Source: the human T2T-CHM13v2.0 reference genome, Homo sapiens. Taken from it: DNA of 64,000 bases. Each line of letters starts with the position of its first letter. The first letter of the stretch is position 1. A program made the translations under genes and the position numbers. The notes beneath the pieces are model-generated. The model made no database searches. It was not told the DNA's origin and saw only the letters and a program-made list of their open reading frames with translations. Positions 14,761 to 30,640 of the stretch are shown here, one piece after another. The DNA lies in NCBI RefSeq assembly GCF_009914755.1, contig NC_060931.1. One strand, 5' to 3'.

Positions 14761-17194
14761 TAAGTATCAAATGACTATGAGTAAAAGTGAGGGAGGTGTT
14801 AAAAAGTAGAAAACTTATATGGTGGAGGAGGATTGCAGAACATGCTTGATGGTTGTATCCCAGAAAATGTCCTGTGTCTGGAAATGGGACATCCATCATT
14901 ACACACTTACAAGCAATACACAGGTGCTTAAAATGGCTTTCTTCTCACCACAGCCTAGAAAACACCAGTCCTCAAAAATACTATGGTCTGGCTAAGTGAG
15001 ATTTACTCTGAGAAGAGTTCCAAAATCAGGAGTCCCTGAATCCAGCTGAACCTTTCACAATGGTAAATTGTAGTGCCATTGCCATGTTGGTCCAACATTT
15101 ACAAGGAAAGAATAAAAACTGAAAGAAGCCACTAAGAGGAAAGTTAAAAAGCCTCCTACATTATTAAAATTCCCAAACCCTCCTTTTCTGAATGGTGTCT
15201 CAGATTATTATAAGATGAGCAATAATTTGAGGAATATTGGAGAAGATGCTTACTGGGGAATTCTCATTTACATAAGTTTTAGAAAAAGGTTGCTCAAGTA
15301 GTAAGGCAGTGGACAGAATGAACTCCAGGAGTTCTAAAGTATCTTCAGACAAGACACCTATCCTTCACCTTTTCATTGTCCTGGAATCTCAGCCACTAAC
15401 ACAGATTCATGAGTAAAGAACCTGGAACCCTATTGTGATAACAAACATCGCAGGTAATTTTGATTTTTAGCACAATTTTAAAAATACTATTATAGAGAAA
15501 GCTGGAGCCAAGTTTTATAATGCTGGACTAAGAAGGTAAAACATGTCTTACTAAGCCCATATTTATTTCTTCTTTTCGATGCTTACTAAATAATTTAGTT
15601 ACAAATTTTTTTAAAAATTGAAGTTCAGATATTGAATTTTAGAACTTACAGATTGGTTAAATGTTTCTAGGGACTTAATTTCAAATTATCATTTTATCTA
15701 GATATTTATTAATATTTCCTGTGTCAGATGAATTTCCACAAACAGATTGCAAATTTTATAAAGATAAGCAGCTACATTCTTTTGAATGCCCCACAATAGT
15801 CCCTTCCATAACATATGCACATAAAACACTTGTTAAACAAATACTTGTTAAACCAAATTTAATTACAAAACCAGTTGCTGCCAGTCACATTGTCTCACAC
15901 ACATTAGAAGTTCTTTGGGGTTCCTGAGAAACCAGCAACCTCATTTTTAGTTTTGTTTTCACAAAACAGTTTACTCTTCAGGCTGTCAAGTTTGTACCAT
16001 GAATAGCCTACCTTCTTCAATTCTGTTCTGAAAAACTGTTTGCCATTTCTCTTCCTTGCTTGTCTGGGATTTATTTTTATTTTGTTTTACTTTCTTATCC
16101 TTAGTAAAGCATCACCAAACAAAGGACAAAATAAGGGCGATGAAACCATTGTGTGATGCCTTTTATTTCACAGCTCTGCTCATCTGCCGCACAAATAGCA
16201 GAACCCATGGTTAATCACTGCATACCCCTGGGTCCCAGGGCACTCGTGGAGCTTTCCATATGGTCTGCTCAAAACGGGGATTTATGCATATATGAAATAC
16301 AAATTATGCAAAGAGATGTAATCATATAGTGAAACCAGGTCATAAGAGAAAAATACCTGTTCAACAAAAACAGAAACCTACTTAAAAAACACTCCACATT
16401 TCTGGTTCCCAAGGCAAAGCAATAATGTGCACACTATATAAATCTTCATCCTAACATTAACTGGGATAATCTCTCAGACATACTCAACTGGAAGCTTTCA
16501 TTTTCACTCATCCAGGAAAAAGAGGAGAAAAAGTTTAATTGATTATTTCCATTTTGTTCTTCCTTAATGTCTTAAGCTTTTTAAGTCTTGCTGCCTATTG
16601 GGTGACTTAGTACCTCTACGGTAAAGTCTTTAAGTTTTTTTTTTTTCCCTCTAATTTCATCTATAAGCTTTAGTCTGTTCTTTTTCCTGCTGGTTTAAAT
16701 AGATTATTTTTAGCTTTAGACAGGGTAACCACATAAATAGGGGCACTTTTGAAAGTCACAAGAGGCACTAAACAGAAAAGACACTGCAACGACGGGGAAA
16801 AACAGAGACTGCGCTGGGCCAGCTGCGAGGTACACAGTCACCTTGCCTAGGGTTCGCTTTGTGGCCAACAGAAAGATATTCCCCTAACTGGTAAGGTCAG
16901 TCCGAAGAGCACTTACATAAGCAGAAACTATTTTGACTGTACTTGGATCCTATTTCCCACACATTTCACATTCCTTATGACAGTCAATGAGAAAGGCAGA
17001 AAAATGTCAGAGTTTTCATGAGACATATCCAGTAACAAGAAAGCATGGAAATGAAAATGGAAAAAAAAAAAGCCTTTTGGCACAACTGTATGTCAGGCAC
17101 CGTATCTATAAAGACAGAGGGAAAGCAAGCTATCATGTCTTCTTAATAATCCTACCACATAAGCATTAGAATTCCCATTTTAAGAAATGAAAAG

Positions 17195-17760
17195 TCCATA
17201 TATTGATGGTAAACATGTACACTACTACAACCAGTTTTGGAAAGTAACTGACAATATCTATTCAAAAATTTAAAGTGCCTACTTTTAGACCCCACAATCC
17301 TACATTGAAGAATATTTTTAAAAACAAAAGCACCAGTACATAATCGTGTATGTACAAGGAGGTTCATTACTGCAGTGTTTTACAGGCAAAAAAAAAAAAA
17401 AATGAATCAATCAGAAATCACATCAATAAAAGCATGTTGCAGAATAATACATACAGTCTGATCTTATTTTTATAAAAAGGAAAAACCCCTCTGTATTATA
17501 TATATATATCTTATTTTATTCACTCAGCATAGATTTTTTGAGCTCTCAATATGTGGTAAGATGCTATATTGCTATAAACTTGAAAGTATATAGAGAAAGA
17601 CAAATGAGGATTCACATCAAAATATTAATTACGTCAGGATGGCCAGAATGACAAGGGGACAGGTAAGAATAACAACTCTTCATACACATCTGTATTTTTT
17701 TGACAGTTTATATTTTGTATTTATTAGTTTGTATTTATTAGTTTTGTAACTTTTATAAAT
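17195..17760 (+). mobile_element. Old L1ME fragment, apparently within a MIR (MIR pieces ~17085-17190 and ~17780-17900)
   Basis: ttttggaaagtaactgacaatatcta...tagaccccacaatcctac...tatgtacaaggaggttcattactgcagtgttt. Confidence 0.6.
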
Positions 17761-20700
17761 TCAGTTAAGAAGGAATTGTGTATTTTACAGCTGTGGAAAC
17801 AAAAGCTCATTGCTCTTAAGTAAGTTAACGAATTGACCCTCCTGAGACAACTAGGAGGTGGTCAACATGAGCTTAGATTCATGCCTGACTCCAAAACACC
17901 ACAGCACCGGTCTCCAGAAGAAGCTGTTGCTTTAAAATCAATTTATTTTTTATAGATTTAGTGGTTCACTCAAGATAAAACAAACCTAAAAAGAAATGGA
18001 AAGAGATATGAAGTAAGGTAACCTTTTCCACTTCGACAATAACAAAATAAAAGCTAATGTCCAATGCCATACACTCTTAGAAATATGTTCGTTCATTCAA
18101 CCTTATTACAAATTTAAGATTGTTTCTTCATTTTGCCAACCTTGGTCTTGATTTTCCTAATTTCATAATTTACCTATAAGATTTTCTACAGCAGAGTTTG
18201 AGAACTCAAGGATTTTGTTAAGGGCACATAGACATGGTTTTCTAGGATTGTGAAATCAACGTGAGCTCTGGAAAGAGTGATGCTTCTTAAATAAATGGGG
18301 ACAATCAAGGCACAATTTTAAAAGGAAGATATGTATTCTTTCTATTAAAGTCTAGCTTTAACATAGGGCATATTGTCAATCACATAATTAACATGGATTC
18401 ACCAATTGCAGTCTCTTTCGATGAGTCTAAAAGTTATTATGTCAGGAGACTCCACGAAAAACGAAAAGTGGTGGACTGAGAACGTAACAGAATATAGTAC
18501 AACTCCTGCTTGAGTCAAATCTCTTCCAGTCACAAAGAACAGGGCCAAGGGGGAAGGGGCACATAGAATAGGAAGAAACTGTAAGCTCTTGATCCAAGAA
18601 TTGAGGCAAAATATAGTCAGGTCTCAGAAAAATAGGAACTAAGACTTGGAAAGTCTTGAACCAAGGCTGTTGTACTTATCCCTCAGCAGCCCCATGGTCC
18701 CTGCCTGTGCTTCTCTCTGGAACTTTGCCTGCATCGTCTCTTCTCTCTCAGCAATCCCCTCAGCCAGGCTCCCCCTGAGTAGGGCCCAGGATGGCTGCCG
18801 TCCTCAACTGGTTACCATGTACCTCAGCTCCAGCAAACTTTACTGATTAATAATGGTTTCTTACTTCACATTTTTGTGAAAAAAAAAAGTATCTGATTGG
18901 TTCATCCCAGCTGTTTTAATGAAAGCCTTTTCTACTACAGCATGCTGTAACTCCCAAACTATGAATTGTACCAAAATTGACAGCTCAGTCCTGATTCCAC
19001 ATGGACCCTGCCAACTCAACAGGCACTGTGGGTGACATGCCTGATCTAATAGATAAGTCAATAAACCTACTAGATAGACATGTTTCAAAAGTTTATTTGG
19101 GAGTCAGTCATGGAATTTTTAGAACTTTTTTCCATAGAAAAAAAATCAAAGAAAAGACAAATAAATAATGATTGCCTACTACATTAAGCACACGGATAAG
19201 AACTTCAAATTCATTTTTTAATTTCAATTCATTCATTCACCAATTCCCTAAGCAAGTTATTGATCATAAGGTGGTACATACATTATGATTGGGCTCCAAA
19301 AATAGCTATCAATTTCTTATTAAAATCAAAATATAGATTCACAGCATCCAAAATAAAATGGATGATAACCATCATACAAATCATTGTTTCTATAGAAAAG
19401 TATATTTCAAGTTCCAGCATGGGCTGTTCATAGTACATCTTCCCCCAATGGAAGCACTAACTACACTTCCTTCCTCTCCCCATGTTTTTTGTAGATCAGT
19501 GGGGCAGGTCCAACTCGACACCACAAGTGATACAATGCCCACAGCCTGAGAGAGGATCTGGGGTGAAGTACAGACATGAGAAGTAGGCAGTTGGCAAAAG
19601 TAAACTCACTATTTCGGGTTTTTTTTTTTTTTTAAGTAAAAAGGCATTATAAGGGCCAAGGAAAAGGAAAGGGCTGTAAGAAATAATGTGACAATGAAGT
19701 TTGTATGTTTTTTCCCCTTACGTTTCCTCTCTTTTATCCTAGTTATTATTACTTCTAATGTGAGTACCATGTTTAAAATATATATTTTAAAATTTTTTTT
19801 TATGTATTTAAAGATAGTGTGAAGTGTGAAGATAGGGGCAGCAGTAAGAGCCTGACAGGTACAGACCTTTTTGCCACAGCCTCGAAAGCGCTGGACTGAT
19901 GAATGCAGCAGAAAGAGAAGGGGTGAAAGAAAAGAAGAATTCAGCTGGCCCTCTCTGGAGAACCCATTTGTAAATGCAAGGATGTTTATAAGTCAGGCAT
20001 ATGTAAGTCAGAGACTGTGTGTAATTGGATCGTATAATATGACATTCATCCCTGACTTTTTTCCCCTCACCTAGTCTCCTGGTTTTATATCTTACTATGA
20101 TGTGAGATAATATGGTTGTACATGAGTGACTTGAGTTAAAAAATAGACGCATAAAATTCTCTCAAGCTAGATACTCAGCCACCTAAATTGTGAGGCACAC
20201 TTTAACCGGAGACAACTGCATAGAAAAGAGAAATGTGGCACTGTATTCACAAATGGAAAACAGCCTTTATTCCCTTATTAAATTTTCAAGGAGTAGCATG
20301 GAGATTTAACCACAAAGCTCACATTATTTAGGGGATTTAATTATTGTTTGTTTCTTTCCTTCATTTTCTGTCTTCAAATAAAAGCATATTTCATTACATG
20401 GTGAGCGTTAATGTTTTTAGGAAGGTTCAGAAAAAAAATCAGCTTTTCACAAAAACAGAACCATATTCCTTATTATCTACACAAATTAAGGAAAGCCATA
20501 CTGCTCTAGCATTAGAGAGAAAAAAGAGAAGCAATGCTTGGGTGGCACCTTCTCAGATGACTTTCTAGCAGGCAGGCCTTTTTAAATTTTAAAATTTGGG
20601 ACTGCCAAGGCCTGGTCTCAGAGATGGGGACGCCATAAGACTTAGGACAGTGATTCCTAAACACAATGTGCTCCAGACTCACGTGGCGAAAATCTTTAAA

Positions 20701-20833
20701 AGTGGAGCTTCCCTGGACTCCAATCCAGACACTAGAAGCCAACTCTGGCAAGTTTTATCTTGAATAAGGGGCTTCCCTCTGAATAGTTTATAGCTTACAG
20801 GCTACCTTTTTTTGTTAAACCATTGCCCTGGAG

Positions 20834-21028
20834 CAGTTTTTTCTCAAAGTGTGGTTCTTGTATTACCTTCAAGTGAAATCACTTAACATGTTTGTGAAAA
20901 ATGCAGATTTCCGGACTGCACTTTAGATCAGCAGAATCAGATTCTCTGGGAGGTGGGATCCTGAAATCTTCCCTTTTTAACAAGCACCCCAGTTAAGTTT
21001 TATTCCCACTAAAGTTTGAGAATCACTG
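20834..21028. mobile_element. MER5A/B hAT-Charlie MITE
   Basis: TIRs cagttttttctcaaagt / agtttgagaatcactg; internal aaaatgcagatttcc and gaatcagattctctggg. Confidence 0.9.
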
Positions 21029-21227
21029 CCTTAAGAGGCTTTCAACCAGGCATTCACCCCTTGTCTATTTTTCTATTTCTACTATGCTGTTAATGTCTTT
21101 ATGAGCACAAAATTTCCCCTTCATATTTTGATTATTAAATTAATAATAAAGAAAAAAATCTCTTCAACATGTTCCCACATGACCTCAAAGTTTTACTAGA
21201 TGTGCCAGGAAAGCTGAGGTTTACACA

Positions 21228-21690
21228 GTGGTAGGCAGAGACTTCTGGCCATTTTCCATGTGACAATCCTTCCTTCATCCCTAAGAAAATGAGATCATAG
21301 AGCGTCATCTGTGGGCTAGACTTTGGGGTTGTAAGGCCTTAACAACTTCTGCCTACCCACTCAGTTTCCCTTACATTCCGATGTGCTGACTAGTTCTCAC
21401 CAATAACATAGCAAGAGTGGTGTCTCTTCCAGGCCAGAGATTTTAAGTCAGGCATTTCTTCTTTAGTACCTCTCTCCCCATTTTCAGATGAATGTTAAGG
21501 ACTTCAAGCCCCTAAGGGATGGTGGAGCCACAAGGTAAAGGTGCTTGGGTTCCTGAATCACCAGGTGGAAGAAAGCTGTTCACAGACAAGGGACATCTAC
21601 ACCAGACTGTTAATAGGCAAGAAATATATTTGTATTGGGTTAAGCTACTAAATATTTAGGATTGATTTGGTACGGAAAATAACACTATTA
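21228..21690 (+). mobile_element. MLT1I/J-like MaLR solo LTR
   Basis: gatggtggagccacaagg...gggttcctgaatcacc...gaaatatatttgtattgggttaagctactaaatattt. Confidence 0.75.
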
Positions 21691-23299
21691 TGCTAGATAT
21701 CTTGTTTCTTCTGTTTCTAAATATAGAGTAAGCAAAATTAATTCAAAATATGCATTTTCTGAGTGGAATTGGACAACTCTCAGTCTAAAGTCCAGTTCCT
21801 CCACATAATCATTCTGTAGCCTTACAAAAGCTATTTCACCTCCTTGTGATCAACAAACTTCTGGGGCCTAATTACAATAGAAGGACTAAGACTTCATCTC
21901 CCTTTTTAGCAAAGATACTTTATATTAGTAGTTAACCTCTCTTAAATTTAACTATTTATGCTCTTCAAGTACAAATCCTTTGGCATTGCAACTGCTAACC
22001 CAAACAAGTACAAAATTAAACAACGACCTTTGACTCCCGACAAGCAATTCACATGCTACTGGAGATCATACTCATATGTTTGGTGCTTTAAAACATACAT
22101 TCTATGTACCTATAGGTACTGTATATCTACTTCATAGAAAAAACATAGTAAATATGGATAAAAATGTTCATTAGCAAACCACAGAAAATGGGAATTACCT
22201 ATTCAATACTATCCCAAAACACAGCAAAAATAGATAATATTTACTTCTTGAACAGGGAAACCAGCAAATAATTTTTAATAATTTTGAAATAAAATTCTCA
22301 CTTTATGTACAGGAAGGGCTTTTTTTTCTCCTTTGGCAAATCAACATTTAGTCTGTAAAACGACGCTCACTCATAATGTCATGCATCTCACTCACAATAA
22401 TTCTTTCTTATTAACTGCTTGGGTACAATTTATTTTCCTCTCAGGCTACGAAGGTGCATGCAAGTGCAGCACACTCTGGCTGGAGCTGATAAGCCAGCCC
22501 ATGGCAGCAGCACTGCTGGCCTGATGAGATTTGTAAGAAGACAATATTCCACTGGCAAAGAAAACTATGCTGTATATCAAACCTATCAAAAGTAATATCT
22601 ACAAACAATGCCTTGATGCATTTGCCAACTCTCGCAGAAAGCTCTCCAGTGTTCTGAAAATATAGCTTGATTTTTTTTATAGTGAAGACATACAAGCTAC
22701 TTTTTTAAAAAAGATCTTGCTTTTATTTACTTTTTTTTCACTAAGCATGATAGATCTAAAGGAATATTTTTAAACCTTGGCTTTGAAATAGACATCACTA
22801 TAATTCAAGAAGAGGATGGTTTGCCTATCCTTAGGGTTAGGACAATTTATTTTATAGCAGAGCATAGAATAAATCAAGGAATGGCCAAGAGAGAAACATG
22901 TCACAATCCCACATTGAAAATTCTCATTAAGTTTTCCAATGCTTTTAAAATGAAATAGTTATCACTGAGGAAGACAAACACTTTCCCTGCAAAAAAAAAA
23001 TTGCTTTTCCTTCTGCTTAGAAAAATTGTTTATTATTTATGTTATTTTAGCACCACAAATTGTTTCAAAGGAAAAAATTATGATATTAAGACAGGTATTA
23101 TCTTAAAGATAAATCACTGTGAGGAATTTAAATAGATGATGCAGTGGATAGAATCACAGAATTTAAAGGAAAATAAGCTATAATGATGATATGATATTCA
23201 AATAATACTTCACAGTTTATAACACATTGGCATATATTTTTCATAATGCTGTCATATGGATATGGCTAGTACTGGAATTAGCTTCCAATGCCAATTGGC

Positions 23300-23592
23300 T
23301 GTCATTTATTGAGTGTTTACTGTATGTTCTATGCTTTACATACATTACCTCATTTAATCCCCGTAACCACCTCATGAGATCTCCTAGAAGGCAATATTCC
23401 ACTGGCTGAGATAAATCCCTGCTGTATATTAAATCTATCCAAAAAATCTAAAACAGTGCTTTAATGCATCTTTCAACTTCACACAAAAACTCTCTGCTGT
23501 ATGTCAAAATACAGGGTGATTTATTTTTTTCCTTTTTTCAAGAAAGAATAAGGAACTTGAGGTATAGGGGGAGCAAATGACTTATCTTAAAG
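23300..23592 (-). mobile_element. MIR split by an inserted ~160-bp non-MIR segment
   Basis: catttattgagtgtttactgtatg...ctcatttaatccccgtaaccacctcatgag (to ~23378); MIR core resumes ~23531 (aggaacttgaggtatagg...aatgacttatc). Confidence 0.75.
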
Positions 23593-23749
23593 CAAAAGTA
23601 AAAAGACAGCTACGGGTTTTGAACACCAACAACGAATGTGCTAAGTGCTTTACATGCACACACACAATCACGCGAGCTCAGTTAATCTTACCAACTGCTA
23701 CATGGCCTAGTATTATCATACCCCTTTTTGTCTCTGCTAAGTTTTACTT

Positions 23750-24115
23750 TGCAATTTTCTTTTTTTCAATTGTCATACAGTAAAATTTACTTTTTTTTAG
23801 ATCTACAGTTCCATCAATTCTGATTCATGTATAGATTCATAGAACCACCACCACAATCAAACACAAAATAGTTCCAACACTCCATTACCCTCCCCTATAC
23901 TACCCATTTACAGTCACACACATAAACCCCTCACTGCTAAACTCTGGTAATCACTGATCTGTATCTGTCACTACATTTTTGTCTTCTCAAGAATGTCATA
24001 CAAATGGAATCATATAGGATATATAACCTTTTGAGATTGGATTTTTTCACACAGCGTGATGACTTTGAAATTCATTTAAGCTTTTGCATCTATCAAAAGT
24101 CTATTATCTTTTATT
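23750..24115 (-). mobile_element. L1MC/L1MD-type 3' end inside a second MIR
   Basis: catacagtaaaatttac...aaccaccaccacaatcaa...ctggtaatcactgatctg...gaatgtcatacaaatggaatcata. Confidence 0.8.
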
Positions 24116-24703
24116 ATATTTTTTTAAGTACAAAGAAAATAAAACATAAAGTGTAAATAACTTGCCCAAAAACATACATGCAGAAACTAGTGGAGCTGGA
24201 ATGTAAAGCCAGGTGTGACTGTAAAACTCATGAGTTCCTTCAACTAAGATTCAAAAATAAGAGTCAAGAATCACAGAAGAAAATGGGCTTTCTAAAACTA
24301 TTAAGTACACTGAATGTATTATTATTAAAGGGAGTATAAATGGGTCACCAGTACTTCAAATAGAGAAATTCATTGACACTCAGGAAAAGAAATATTTCTT
24401 TGTGAAAATTCTAAATAGAAATACTATTTTATATTTTTATTTTAGAAAATGTAAACTCTCTAGTAATTTATTTATTTATTTATTTTAATTTTATTATTAT
24501 TATACTTTAAGTTTTAGGGTACATGTGCACAATGTGCAGGTTTGTTACATATGTATACATGTGCCATGTTGGTGTGCTGCACCCATTAACTCATCATTTA
24601 GCATTAGGTATATCTCCTAATGCTATCCCTCCCCCCTCCTCCCACCCCACAACAGTCCCCGGTGTGTGATGTTCCCCTTCCTGTGTCCATGTGTTCTCAT
24701 TGT

Positions 24704-28536
<3,833 letters not shown>

Positions 28537-28599
28537 TATGATGTGAGCTGGTTATTTTGCTCATTAGTTGATGCAGTTACTTCCTAGCCTTGACGGTCT

Positions 28600-29612
28600 T
28601 TACAATTTGGCATGTTTTTGCAGTGGCTGGTACCAGTTGCTCTTTCCATGTTTAGTGCTTCCTTCAGGAGCTCTTTTAGGGCAGGCCTGGTGGTGACAAA
28701 ATCTCTCAGCATTTCTTGTCTGTAAAGGATTTTATTTCTCCTTCACTTATGATGCTTAGTTTGGCTGGATATGAAATTCTGAGTTGAAAGTTCTTTTCTT
28801 TAAGGATGTTGAATATTGGCCCCCACTCTCTTCTGGCTTGTAGAGTTTCTGCCAAGAGATCAGCTGTTAGCCTGATGGGCTTCCCTTTGTGGGTAACCCG
28901 ACCTTTCTCCCTGGCTGCCCCTAACATTTTTTCCTCCATTTCAACTTTGGTGAATCTGACAATTAAGTGTCTTGGAGTTGCTCTTCTTGAGGAGTATCTT
29001 TGTGGCGTTCTCTGTATTTCCTGAATTTGAATGTTGGCCTGCCTTGCTAGATTGGGGAAGTTCTCCTGGATCATACCTTGCAGAGTGTTTTCCAACTTGG
29101 TTCCATTCTCCCCGTCACTTTCAGGTACACCAATCAGACGTAGATTTGGTCTTTTCACATAGTCCCATATTTCTTGGAGGCTTTGTTTAGTTTCTTTTTA
29201 TTCTTTTTTCTCTGAACTTCTCTTCTCACTTCATTTCATTCATTTTGACTTCCATCACTGATACCCTTTCTTCCAGTTGATCGCATCGGCTACTCAGGCT
29301 TGTGCATTCATCACGTAGGTCTCGTGCCATGGTTTTCAGCTCATCAGGTCCTTTAAGGACTTCTCTGCATTGGTTATTCCAGTTAGACATTCATCTAATT
29401 TTTTTTCAAAGTTTTTAACTTCTTTGCCATTGGTTCGAACTTCCTCCTTTAGCTTGGAGTAGTTTGATCTTCTGAAGCCTTCTTCTCTCAACTCGTCAAA
29501 GTCATTCTCCGTCCAGCTTTGTTCCGTTGCTTGTGACAAGCTGCATTCCTTTGGAGGAGTAGAGGCACTCTGATTTTTAGTTTCCTGTTTTTCTGCTCTG
29601 TTTTTTCCCCAT
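28600..29612 (-). pseudogene. L1 ORF1 (RNA-binding protein), frameshifted
   Basis: ATG GGG AAA AAA CAG at 29612; fragments ENDFDELREEGFRRSNYS and KRPNLRLIGVPESDGENGTKLENTLQ...RISYPAKLS lie in separate ORFs. Confidence 0.95.
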
Positions 29613-30640
29613 CTTTGTGGTTTTATCTACCTTTGGTGTTTGATGATGGTGATGTACAGATGGGTTTTTGGTGTGGATGTCCTTTCTGTTTGTTAGTTTT
29701 CCTTCTAACAGTCAGGACCCTCAGCTGCAGGTCTGTTGGAGTTTGCTGGAGGTCCTCTCCAGACCCTGTTTGCCTGGATATCAGCAGCAGTGGCTGCAGA
29801 ACAGCGGATATTGGTGAACCGCAAACGCTGCTGCCTGATCGTTCCTCTGGAAGTTTTGTCTTAGAGGAGTACCTGGCCGTGTGAGGTGTCTGTCCGCCCC
29901 TACTGGGGGGTGCCTCCCATTTAGGCTGCTAGGAGGTCAGGGACCCACTTGAGGAGGCAGTGTGCCCGTTCTCAGATCTCAAACTGCATGCTGGGAGAAC
30001 CACTACTCTCTTCAAATTTGTCAGACAGGGACATTTAAGTCTGCAGAGGTTACTGCTGCCTTTTGTTTGTCTGTGCCCTACCCCCAGAGGTGGAGCCTAC
30101 AGAGGCAGGCAGGCCTCCTTGAGCTGTGTTGGGCTCCACCCAGTTCAAGCTTCCCAGCCACTTTGTTTACCTACTCAAGCCTGAGCAATGGTGGGTGCCC
30201 CTCCCCCAGCCTCGCTGCCGCCTTGCAGTTTGATCTCAGACTGCTGTGCTAGCAATGAGCAAGACTCCATGGGCATAGGACCCTCCAAGCCAGGGGCAGG
30301 ATATAATCTCCTGGTGTGCCGTTTGTTAAGCCTTTTGGAAAAGCGCAGTATTAGGGTGGGAGTGACCCGATTTTCCAGGTGCTGTCTGTCACCTCTTTCT
30401 TTGACTAGGAAAGGGAATTCCTAGACCCCTTGAACTTCCCAGGTGAGGCGATGCCTCGCCCTGCTTTGGCTCATGCACAGTGTGCTGCACCCACTGTCCT
30501 GCACCCACTGTCCGCCACTCCCCAGTGAGATGAACCTGGTACCTCAGTTGGAAATGCAGAAATCACCCGTCTTCTGCGTCACTCACGCTGGGAGCTGTAG
30601 ACTGGAGCTGTTCCTATTCTGCCATCTTGGCTCCACCCTC
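29613..30640 (-). promoter_or_regulatory. L1 5'UTR: internal sense promoter (YY1 core) and antisense promoter region
   Basis: GCCATCTT YY1 core at 30621-30628; L1PA 5'UTR sequence with many CpGs decayed to TpG/CpA. Activity not shown by sequence. Confidence 0.8.
30188..30424 (+). CDS. ORF0: L1 antisense ORF0 homologue (78 aa), reading frame open
   Basis: MVGAPPPASLPPCSLISDCCASN...PGAGYNL...IRVGVTRFSRC matches primate L1 ORF0; gcaATGG Kozak context. Expression unknown. Confidence 0.8.
   Translation: MVGAPPPASLPPCSLISDCCASNEQDSMGIGPSKPGAGYNLLVCRLLSLLEKRSIRVGVTRFSRCCLSPLSLTRKGNS

Noticed and set aside
22528-22665. Possible H/ACA snoRNA on the minus strand (ATATTA hinge, ACA near the end)
   Set aside because: Predicted stems are weak by eye and the second copy lacks the ACA; would need an Infernal/Rfam or snoGPS hit.
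22441-22695. 84-aa minus-strand ORF with a ttttcag acceptor in the duplicated segment
   Set aside because: No recognisable protein similarity, other frames closed, no clear donor; not supportable as a coding exon.
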